Positions 11,310 to 21,297 of a stretch of 41,450 nucleotides of DNA are shown here, in pieces. The notes below the pieces were generated by a model. That model was not told the DNA's origin and did no database searches. It saw only the letters and a program-made list of their open reading frames with translations. The position numbers and the translations under genes were made by a program. The stretch comes from Octopus bimaculoides (lineage: Eukaryota): contig NC_069001.1 of assembly GCF_001194135.2 (NCBI RefSeq), forward strand, positions 31,390,624 through 31,432,073, written 5' to 3'. Positions within the stretch are counted from its first letter, which is position 1. Each line of letters opens with the position of its first letter.

Positions 11310-11488
11310 TCTTTCAAAAAGCTCGGAGAGCTTCTCAGTTTGTATTATCACGTTTTCACATGATAGAGCGGCTACTGCCAAAATCTTTTTTACTGGCTAA
11401 TCCAGCGGTTTTGCTTGATGAATTATTTCAACCGACGTACCCGGTCGAAATTAATTCTTACACACAATAATTTTCAATTCTTTTCCCT

Positions 11489-11710
11489 AAAAACGGGAAA
11501 CCTATGTTGTTGTTTTTTCCTCTTAAAGAGGATACCAATTCAAATCCTACCCCCCGCTGGGGGGGAGTGTAGTAGTAGAGCCTGTAACGAGCTTACTTTT
11601 TCCAAAACAGGAAACCTATGTTGTTTTTTTTTTCCTCTTAGAGAGGATACCAGTTCAAATCTGGGGTGTAGCAATAGAGTCTGTAACGAGCTTTTCCAAA
11701 CCGGGAAACC
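11489..11710 (-). repeat. Tandem 5' UTR monomers (about 115 bp, about 93 bp, and a partial) upstream of the ORF1-like gene
   Basis: AAA-C-GGAAACCTATGTTGTT...CCTCTTA-AGAGGATACCA-TTCAAATC...GTGTAG...TAGAG-CTGTAACGAGCTT twice, then AAACCGGGAAACC. Confidence 0.85.
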
Positions 11711-11799
11711 TTTTATCTGTTTTGGGGGGTTTATCTTCTGAATGAGGACAATAGGTCAAATAATAAAGCCTACATCGGCTGAAGTTTCATTTTGGGATT

Positions 11800-11808
11800 G
11801 TAAGATTT

Positions 11809-11893
<85 letters not shown>

Positions 11894-11946
11894 CGTATAC
11901 ATGCGTATGTATATATTGTGCGTGAATATAGATTGATGCAGGGGGG

Positions 11947-11987
<41 letters not shown>

Positions 11988-11990
11988 GTC
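11800..11990. repeat. (TA)n/(CA)n mosaic
   Basis: Read directly. Confidence 0.95.
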
Positions 11991-12480
11991 ACGCACCAAA
12001 ACATTTGTGACATATTACGCTATTAATAATGTTGTTGCTGTCATTCATTTTGTTCATCCTGTACCCGTACGTGTGTAGTCGTCGTTTTTTTATTTAGTTT
12101 TATTCAATTTTAGAAAAGCTGAGGCATGTCTTTGAACAATTCGGGAAGGTATTGAACTAATTTTGTGCGTGAATTTTACCCCACCCTGTAGATATGTGCA
12201 ATTGTGTGTGAGAAAGAGGAATGCGTACGTTCACATCCAAGTAAGCTAGGGCGTAATTGAGCAGGTGTACCGAGCGCTAAACATTTTCATTGTTAAGAGA
12301 ATCTTCATTCGATAGCCATCTCCAACTTGTGATTATTCGATTGTTCTTGGAGCGTCTCCACTTAAGATGAAATTATGCTTCAACTCGGGAATTAACCTAG
12401 TCTGTTCAAGATTCTGTCTTTAAACGCTGCAAATTCTACACGAAAATTCTTGCCAAAAGTTCTTCTCAACCCGATGGCTG

Positions 12481-12517
<37 letters not shown>

Positions 12518-12524
12518 AGTGAAA

Positions 12525-12630
12525 ACGAGTGGCTTTGTGGTTTGGTTATTGCTCTCAGGATCATGAGACCGTGGTTTCGATTCCCAGTTTTAATTGTGTT
12601 GTTCTTGGGTCAAAACACTAGTCAGCTACT
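12525..12630 (+). mobile_element. Degenerate tRNA/CORE SINE head fragment
   Basis: GTGGTTTCGATTCCCAG...TGTTGTTCTTGGGTCAAAACACT after a (TG)n tract. Confidence 0.65.
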
Positions 12631-13225
12631 AGTGACTGCTGTTTGTACAATTTTTACATGTACCTTGATATCAACACCTCGCGTTCCCATGATTCAGGGG
12701 TGAAGCCGCTTATGGTGGCATTACAGCGTTGCCGCTAAACGCTTTCAATGAGTAAACCGTTGAAGATTTCGCTGCACGCTTTTCATTCGGGCTTGACTCG
12801 TTGTTGGCAGGGGATTGAAGATATGGCGGAGAAACCCCTGTTATCAAATGAAACGTGAAAAGAGACATGCATGAGGAGTAATACCCAGCCCCCTCTACCG
12901 AACGTTTACATGTGTTGTCTGTCACACAGGCTGCACACACTGTCGTCAAAGATTCGGCAAAGGACGATGAAGGTCACCATTGCGTTCGGTGGACAGCCAT
13001 ACGACGGGTGTTTGCGGATATTTCTGTGTGTTTGCAGCGCGTAGATCTATGTATATGTCTATATGAATACGTATGCGTGAGTGTGAACAGCTGTGCGTTT
13101 GCAATTATGTGTATCCGTCAGTTCATCAAATGTTATCTCTATGCTTATGAGTATGTCTGTGAGAGTGAGGGCGTATATACTTTTGTGTGTGTGTGAGTGA
13201 GATAGAGGGGGAGAGCGTGTATGCT

Positions 13226-13256
<31 letters not shown>

Positions 13257-13310
13257 AACTATGCGTTTGCACGGATATGTGTCCGTCACTCCATGAATAT
13301 ATATCTCTAT

Positions 13311-13545
13311 GCGGTGAGTTGGCAGAAACGTTAGCACGCCGGACGAAATGCTTAGCCTATTGGTATTTCGTCTGTCTTTACGTTCTGAGTTCTAACTCCG
13401 CCTAGGTCGACTTTGCCTTTCATCCTTTCGGGGTCGATTAAATGAGTACCAGTTACGCTCTGGGGTCGATGGAATCGACTTAAATCCCTTGTCTGTCCTT
13501 GTTTGTCCCCTCTATGTTTAGCCCCTTGTGGGCAATAAAGAAATA
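13311..13545 (+). mobile_element. SINE type A, full length, alternative 3' tail
   Basis: GCGGTGAGTTGGCAGAAACGTTAGCACGCCGGACG...TTCTGAGTTCTAACTCCGCC...GTCGACTTTGCCTTTCATCCTTTCGGGGTCG; tail TTGTTTGTCCCCTCTATGTTTAGCCCCTTGTGGGCAATAAAGAAATA. Confidence 0.9.
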
Positions 13546-14019
13546 TATATATCTCTATGCTTATGTTTATGAGCTCGAGTGACCGAGAAAGATAGCGTGT
13601 ATGCTTGTATGTTTGAGAGTGTGCCTAAGGAGTGTGTGTGCGTGCACGCCTCTCTGTTTTTTATGTGTACATCTATATGTATATATGAACATCTGTACAT
13701 TTACACATATGTGTGTGTCCGTCAGCTAATCAGTTTGTATTTTTATGCGCATGGTCTAAGAGTGTGCATGAGAAAGATTGTGTGTGTTTGTGGAAGGAAC
13801 TTTTACAAGTGAAATAATTAAGTTACTCGTAACTGTATTCAGGTGAAGCTATTAAGTTAGACGTGGCTCAGCGGAATACGAGAATAATGTAGTGGAATGG
13901 GGGAATGAAAGAATGGCAGTATGTCAGCATGTAGATAAGTGTGTGAGAATGAGAATGTGTGAGTCTGGTAAGTAGATATTAGCATATCTATATTTGGTTT
14001 GTATAACTATAATTATTGG

Positions 14020-14135
14020 GAATATCATTGCACACACACACACACACACATTTGTGTATGTATGTATGTATGTACATGTGTATGTCTATACGTATGAATG
14101 TATATTAATATATATGACACACACTTGTGTGAGTT

Positions 14136-14208
<73 letters not shown>

Positions 14209-14380
14209 GCAACAGATATATATACAGTATATACATACATGCAACATAGATATATACACACGTATGTATATACATATATACACATATATATGCACATATA
14301 CACACGCACACAGACCCGAGAGTGTATGCGTTTACACCGATATAAACGCCTACATATCTATACATATAAAGATACTAGTC

Positions 14381-14430
<50 letters not shown>

Positions 14431-14548
14431 CATTATATATGTGTGTGTTTGTGTGTGTGTGCGTATATTTTCACTATATGGGTATATAATCATGTATACT
14501 CAAGCGCATACGCACACATATATTTATACATGCATATATATATATATA
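14020..14548. repeat. (TA)n/(CA)n/(TG)n mosaic ending at a gap
   Basis: Read directly. Confidence 0.95.
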
Positions 14549-15280
14549 NNNNNNNNNNNNNNNNNNNNNNNNNNNNNNNNNNNNNNNNNNNNNNNNNNNN
14601 NNNNNNNNNNNNNNNNNNNNNNNNNNNNNNNNNNNNNNNNNNNNNNNNNNNNNNNNNNNNNNNNNNNNNNNNNNNNNNNNNNNNNNNNNNNNNNNNNNNN
14701 NNNNNNNNNNNNNNNNNNNNNNNNNNNNNNNNNNNNNNNNNNNNNNNNNNNNNNNNNNNNNNNNNNNNNNNNNNNNNNNNNNNNNNNNNNNNNNNNNNNN
14801 NNNNNNNNNNNNNNNNNNNNNNNNNNNNNNNNNNNNNNNNNNNNNNNNNNNNNNNNNNNNNNNNNNNNNNNNNNNNNNNNNNNNNNNNNNNNNNNNNNNN
14901 NNNNNNNNNNNNNNNNNNNNNNNNNNNNNNNNNNNNNNNNNNNNNNNNNNNNNNNNNNNNNNNNNNNNNNNNNNNNNNNNNNNNNNNNNNNNNNNNNNNN
15001 NNNNNNNNNNNNNNNNTATATATACACGCACAAATATAACTCTAGACGTCTTTTTATGGAAAAGCTATAGTTCTTTGTATGTGGCCCACCTTTTCCTGTA
15101 TATACACTCATATACATCCTTAAGTGTGTGTGTGGCGATAGAGAGAGTAAGAGAAAGAGATTTCATAATTCTAAACTTCTTTTATAGAAAAACTATAGTT
15201 TATGGTAAGTGGACCTACTTTTCCTATAAAACACACAGGCATATACGTGTCTGTTTGTACAGACAGACTGACGAACAGGC

Positions 15281-15311
<31 letters not shown>

Positions 15312-16959
15312 CAGATAGACAGACATAGCTATACTTAGATATGCATAAATATACGTAGTGCTCCGTTTTCCTCGATTCATTCTTTTAATAATAGTTATTC
15401 AATTACATAAACACACACTAGTGCACTGGTGTGTGTGGGTGTGTGTATTACACATTCAGATCCATGCATGTCAGCGTGCGTGTGCAGGGGTGGTATGTGA
15501 GTGGGGTTTCCTTCAGCGTATAAATATATAAGTGCATGACTTTGGGGGTCAAGTGATTAAATGTCTGTGTGTACTTAGAAACTCAGACACATACATACAC
15601 CATATATATTTATATATATGCATACATATATATATACACATACATACATACAGATATACACATGGAGATATATATATATATATANNNNNNNNNNNNNNNN
15701 NNNNNNNNNNNNNNNNNNNNNNNNNNNNNNNNNNNNNNNNNNNNNNNNNNNNNNNNNNNNNNNNNNNNNNNNNNNNNNNNNNNNNNNNNNNNNNNNNNNN
15801 NNNNNNNNNNNNNNNNNNNNNNNNNNNNNNNNNNNNNNNNNNNNNNNNNNNNNNNNNNNNNNNNNNNNNNNNNNNNNNNNNNNNNNNNNNNNNNNNNNNN
15901 NNNNNNNNNNNNNNNNNNNNNNNNNNNNNNNNNNNNNNNNNNNNNNNNNNNNNNNNNNNNNNNNNNNNNNNNNNNNNNNNNNNNNNNNNNNNNNNNNNNN
16001 NNNNNNNNNNNNNNNNNNNNNNNNNNNNNNNNNNNNNNNNNNNNNNNNNNNNNNNNNNNNNNNNNNNNNNNNNNNNNNNNNNNNNNNNNNNNNNNNNNNN
16101 NNNNNNNNNNNNNNNNNNNNNNNNNNNNNNNNNNNTATATATATATATATATATATGTCTAAGTGTATTTTTGCCAGCAAGCCTTCTGTTTGTAAGGATA
16201 TGTGTGTGAGTATGGGAGTAGGCGCGTTTTGTGGCTGTGTATGTTTAAGTAAAAAGCGTGTACGGCGGGGCGGCAATGGGGATGGGCGGAGCGGAGCAGT
16301 TAATTGTGCTGAATATGTTGGCTGAGGAACATATCGAACCTACTTAATACTTCCACTCCGATCCTATCTATAAAGAAGAATCGATGAACTCAATGCCAAC
16401 GCATACAACGGCGATTCAAGGAATAACTCATGGCGGCTATTAGACAAAAGAATGGCGAAGCAAAGAAAACTAAAAAAAAAAATAGAAAAGAAACATAACA
16501 AAACAAAACAACGCAGAACAAAAACAAATAAAATAATCGAAACAGAAATCCAAAATGGCTGCCTTTTTGTATTTATTTATTTATTTCGGGGTTTTACTTG
16601 TTTGCGTCCTTAGGTTTCTTTGAGAGTGATCATTGGAAAAATTCCTTGTTCTTGTTCTTTTATTATCGATTTTCTTATTTAGACTCCATGCCACGTATTT
16701 ATATGAAGTGGAGGGGTAGAGCAGGAAACGGTGGACATTATATGACCCCGCCCCCGCACCTTTCACTGGGAGTTTATTTATCGATCACGGAGGAGTAGAA
16801 TGAAAGGTAAAGTCATGTTTGGTTGGATATGACTAAAATATTTCACTGGAGTAAAATAACAAATATTGAAGACTGAGAGCTTCTTAAAAATGCGGAAGGG
16901 GAAATTAAGTAATCTTCATATATGCGTACACAGTTTTGGATAGTGTGAACCATAGTAGC

Positions 16960-17290
16960 TCACCTTGCCTTCGATTGATGGCCACCGCAGAGGATTCACT
17001 GACTGACTACGTCACCGCCGATTATTGGAGCCAATGTAGCCTGGGTTCTAGGGATATGTTTTAACAAAAGCTAAGGGGTGCATCGCTCCCAGTAGTCTTC
17101 CAGCATTCCAGACACCAACCCAGAATTTCTTAGGGTTCGTGCTATTGCTAGACGGTCGTTGAACCTATATTAGATTCATCCGTCCTTTTGACAAGTCTTG
17201 TCTTTGGTCTTGCTGGGTTTCTAACATCCCTTCTTACCAGACAAACTTAGTCGGGATGCCGGTTTAGCTGCTAGTGATACCAACAATGCA
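16960..17290 (-). mobile_element. Possible degenerate RTE-clade LINE 5' UTR remnant
   Basis: Minus strand GCAGCTAAACCGGCATCCCGAC...CAACGACCGTCTAGCAATAGCACGAACCCTAAG resembles RTE 5' UTR motifs from memory; no ORF. Confidence 0.3.
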
Positions 17291-17299
17291 ACAGGTTGT

Positions 17300-17445
17300 A
17301 CTGAACCTCACGTTACAGTAGGACTCATGAGAGACCTCACAAGTGACCTTATGAGTCTTAAGACTCATAAGGTCACCTGGTTTCCATGGTGGATGAGTGC
17401 CAGAGATCACAACATTCACCTGGAACGGGACGCCAGTTCGTAGCA
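17300..17445 (-). mobile_element. SINE type E 3' tail with a 34-bp perfect palindrome
   Basis: Minus strand CTGGCGTCCCGTTCCAGG...GGAAACCAGG...ATGAGTC matches the tail at 39290-39410. Confidence 0.7.
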
Positions 17446-17689
17446 GTAACACAAAGCAATGAGAGACAAAGTCAAGCTTTGGTGGGATGTGATCATAGAA
17501 TATTCGATTGGATTGGATTGCCCCAAGTTCAGTCCACTGCATGACGAAGGCCTCAACATGTTCTCTCCACCAACCACGGTCTGATGTGGAGGTCGTGAAT
17601 TTAATCTTGAGATCATACTGGCTTGAGAGCCTATTCCGCTATACAAGCTTGACATGACCTGGAAGAGGGATGCAGTTTTTATGATCATA

Positions 17690-17862
17690 CCCAGAAGTAG
17701 TTAAGTCAACCCCAGTGCTCAACTGGTACTTATTTTATCGATCCCATAAGGATGAAGGGCAAAGTTGGCCTCGGCAAAATTTGAATTCAGAATGTAAAGA
17801 CGGGTGAATATAGCGCTTAGCATTTTGTCCGGCGGCTAACGATTCTGCCAGCTCGCTGCCAC
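17690..17862 (-). mobile_element. SINE type A
   Basis: Reverse complement starts GGCAGCGAGCTGGCAGAATCGTTAGCCGCCGGAC and carries TTCTGAATTCAAATTTTGCCGAGG. Confidence 0.85.
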
Positions 17863-17867
17863 TTTTA

Positions 17868-18490
17868 CGAATATTTGATAGGGACTTTATTTATCGATCA
17901 CGGGAAAATGAAAAGTAAAGTAAAGCTTTGATAGGATATGATCATACATTTTTTTTTTTTTTATCGATCACGGAAGAATGAAAGGCAGGTTCAAGTATCG
18001 TGAAATGTGATCTCAGAATATTTGGTTCGATCTCTGTTTCGCGGAAAAAAATGAAAGGCAAAGTCCAGCCTTGGATGGGAAATGAACTCAGAAACACTCA
18101 AAGTCCTTGGCACATAATTTATCGATCACGGAAGCATGAGAAATAAAGTTAACATTTATTGGGTGAGACCATGGAATATTTAACAGGAATTTTTATTTAT
18201 CGATTACGAAAGAACAGAAGGTAAAGTCAACATTGGTGGGATGTGATCAAAGAATATTTGATTGAGAATTTATTTATCGATCACCGAAGAATGAGAGATA
18301 AAGTTATCTTTGGTTGGATGTGAACTCGGGATATTCGATCAGGAATTTATTTATCGATCACAGAAATATCAAATATAAAATCGATCTCACCAGGATTTGA
18401 GCTCAGAATCTAGAGAGCCGTGATTAAATAATGTAAGGCACTTTTGTTCGATTGTTTGATGCTCTACTGATTCAGCCATCTCCTGTCGCA
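17868..18490 (-). repeat. SINE-A-derived minisatellite, 7 units of about 77 bp, last unit continuing into a SINE head
   Basis: TTATCGATCAC marker at 17891, 17961, about 18037 (degenerate), 18119, 18197, 18274, 18351; unit matches SINE A segment TTTATCGAC...GAAAGGCAAAGTC...GAACTCAGAA. Confidence 0.85.
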
Positions 18491-19024
18491 ATCTGCTTTT
18501 ATTATTTATTGTTTGTTGTTTTTGCTGCTTCTTTTTGTATTTGTTCTTTGTTTCTGTTTTTTTTTTGTTTGTTTTTTTACTTTTCGTTCCAGTCCACATC
18601 CCAGGAACTGGCAAGTGATCCCTCTACGTGTCCGCTAACATGCTAGAAATAGCAACCAATTTTTTTTTTTTAATCACATTCCCCCATCTTATATTAATAA
18701 AGGACGCGTCATATAATGTAATCTTAGAACATAACCCTAAAAAGACGAGATCGTCACGGATGGAGTGTTTTTTTAATCATAATTCTGATCAATGATCAAG
18801 GTTATCTCGGGGTTAAATAATAATAGCAACAACGATGAGAGCCAAATACAAGTGAACACGATCGGTACACATATATCCGTTGTGGGATTAACGTATATAT
18901 TATCCCTCCTCTCCCTCTCTCTCTCTCTCCACTCTTTCTCTTCTCTCTCTCTCTCTACCTTCCTTCTCACCCTCTTCCTCTCGCCTCTCTCTCTCTCTCT
19001 ACCTCTCCCATCTATATCTTCATC

Positions 19025-19680
19025 TAATCACTCGGCAACTGCAACACTTCGCCTTACCCTGGAGAGGACACCAGTCCGTCTGAGGGTTAACTTTTCAGTT
19101 ATTTCCGGAGTTCATTTATACCTCAGTAGGCTGGGGCCACAAGAATAAAGTGTTTTACTCTAAAACGCACTACCTAGCCCGGGAATTGAAACTACGACTT
19201 AACGATCGTGGTGGGATCAAAACCCCTAACCACTAGCACTGGCGTAGCTAGGGGCACCATTTTAGGATTTGCTGTAGACAATATGTGTTTTTTGTGGAGT
19301 CCGGGGGCGTCACACACTCTAGCTACGCTAGTGACCACTTGACAACTACAACATTCTCCCCTAAAAGGGAGACCGTTTCGTTACAGTGTTAACTTCCTAG
19401 TTATTCCTGGAACGTATTTTTAGCTGAGTAGACTGAAGCAACGTGAAATGAAGTTGTTTCCCCAGTTTTGGAATCGAAACCACAATTTTACGATCGTGAG
19501 CGCAATGCAACTAACCACTCGGCAACTGCAACACTTCCCCCTTCACCGATTGGACAAAAGCAACATGGAATAAAGTATTTCGCTCTGCACCGCAGCTCCC
19601 AACCCGGAAATCGAAACTACTATCTTACGATTGTAAGTTCAACGCTGCTAACGAAAAGACAACGTGCATTCGCACCACCG
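19025..19680 (-). mobile_element. Head-to-tail array of three type-E SINE units plus the start of a fourth
   Basis: Junction CTAA(C/T)CACTCGGCAACTGCAACACTTC at 19025 and 19511, split by an insertion at 19225-19358; head and CORE blocks repeat between junctions. Confidence 0.7.
19237..19333. mobile_element. 97-bp MITE, 15-bp TIRs, 8-bp TSD (hAT-like signature)
   Basis: TIR CACTGGCGTAGCTAG / CTAGCTACGCTAGTG (14 of 15); flanks ACCACTAG (19229-19236) and ACCACTTG (19334-19341); interrupts the SINE junction motif. Confidence 0.8.
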
Positions 19681-20064
19681 CCATCACCACCCTTTATTTA
19701 TTGAAGAATGAGAGTGTAATTGTGTATTGTTACATCACAATCTTGCCTTGGGTATTCAACTTTGTTTACATTTAACGTTTATCAAACCGTATGCGATTAA
19801 CTCGCGATTAATTTAAGATTTCAGGCTGTAAATCAGGAGCGCATTAATTGTTTACGGATTACAGATGTAATCCAAGGATAATTTATTTGTTAGTTTTTCG
19901 ATTTCAATATGTAAATTTAATTTCAGTTTTTTTTTTTTCCCCTATTTTTTTCCATGTTATATCTGTGTTGTGGAATTGGCAGGAAATAAAACTTAGAGTA
20001 TTACGCAGTTGACGCTATCTATCTATCTTTTAATATATCTACCTTTTTATCTCTCTCTCTCTCT

Positions 20065-20106
<42 letters not shown>

Positions 20107-20656
20107 NNNNNNNNNNNNNNNNNNNNNNNNNNNNNNNNNNNNNNNNNNNNNNNNNNNNNNNNNNNNNNNNNNNNNNNNNNNNNNNNNNNNNNNNNNNNNN
20201 NNNNNNNNNNNNNNNNNNNNNNNNNNNNNNNNNNNNNNNNNNNNNNNNNNNNNNNNNNNNNNNNNNNNNNNNNNNNNNNNNNNNNNNNNNNNNNNNNNNN
20301 NNNNNNNNNNNNNNNNNNNNNNNNNNNNNNNNNNNNNNNNNNNNNNNNNNNNNNNNNNNNNNNNNNNNNNNNNNNNNNNNNNNNNNNNNNNNNNNNNNNN
20401 NNNNNNNNNNNNNNNNNNNNNNNNNNNNNNNNNNNNNNNNNNNNNNNNNNNNNNNNNNNNNNNNNNNNNNNNNNNNNNNNNNNNNNNNNNNNNNNNNNNN
20501 NNNNNNNNNNNNNNNNNNNNNNNNNNNNNNNNNNNNNNNNNNNNNNNNNNNNNNNNNNNNNNNNNNNNNNNNNNNNNNNNNNNNNNNNNNNNNNNNNNNN
20601 NNNNNNNNNNNNNNNNNNNNNNNNNNNNNNNNNNNNNNNNNNNNNNNNNNNNNNNN

Positions 20657-20704
<48 letters not shown>

Positions 20705-20771
20705 TGTACGTCTATCTATATATCTAGATGTGTGTGTGTTGTGTATGCAAGCATGTATGTGTATGTGTGTA

Positions 20772-20806
<35 letters not shown>

Positions 20807-20833
20807 AACACACACATACCATCATTCATGTAT

Positions 20834-20988
20834 AGGCGCAGGCATGACTTTGTAGTTAAGAAGCTCGCATTCAAACCACATGGTCTCTGCTTTAGATCAC
20901 GCTACATGCACCTTGAGCAGATGCTTCTATTATAGCACCGGGCCTACCAATGCAGCGCGAGTAAATTTGGTTGATAAAAACTATGTGG
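20834..20988 (+). mobile_element. Degenerate SINE type B 5' half
   Basis: AGGCGCAGGCATGACTTTGTAGTTAAGAAGCTCGC...CACATGG...CACCTTGAGCAGATG. Confidence 0.7.
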
Positions 20989-21000
20989 TACCCCGGCATA

Positions 21001-21035
21001 TACGAGGGAGTGCTGAAAAGTTCCTGACTTTCAGG
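21001..21035 (+). mobile_element. Solo mariner-type terminal inverted repeat
   Basis: TA followed by CGAGGGAGTGCTGAAAAGTTCCTG, a typical mariner TIR start; no partner seen. Confidence 0.5.
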
Positions 21036-21057
21036 GTATATATATATATACACACAC

Positions 21058-21183
21058 GACAGGCTTCTTTCAGATTCTGTCTACCAAATCTACTCACAAG
21101 GCTTTGGTCGGCTCGCGGCTATAGCAGAAAACACTTGCCCAAGGTGCCACGCTGTGGGCTTCTTACCAAACAGCAACGCCTGG

Positions 21184-21221
<38 letters not shown>

Positions 21222-21297
21222 TATATACTCTCTTTTACTTGCTTCAGTCATTTGACTGCAGCCATGCTGGAGCACCGCTTTTATAGTCGAGCAAATC
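21058..21297 (-). mobile_element. Two SINE type B fragments (5' half 21058-21160; 3' tail 21228-21297)
   Basis: CTACCAAATCTACTCACAAGGCTTTGGTCGG...CACTTGCCCAAGGTGCCACG; TTTTACTTGCTTCAGTCATTTGACTGCAGCCATGCTGGAGCACCG. Confidence 0.85.

Noticed and set aside
12050-12190. Two Tc1-like TIR ends (CATCCTGTA, CACCCTGTA)
   Set aside because: Same orientation, too short, no inverted partner.
17868-18420. CRISPR-like appearance of a regularly spaced motif
   Set aside because: The spacers are mutually homologous and SINE-derived; eukaryotic context, no cas genes.
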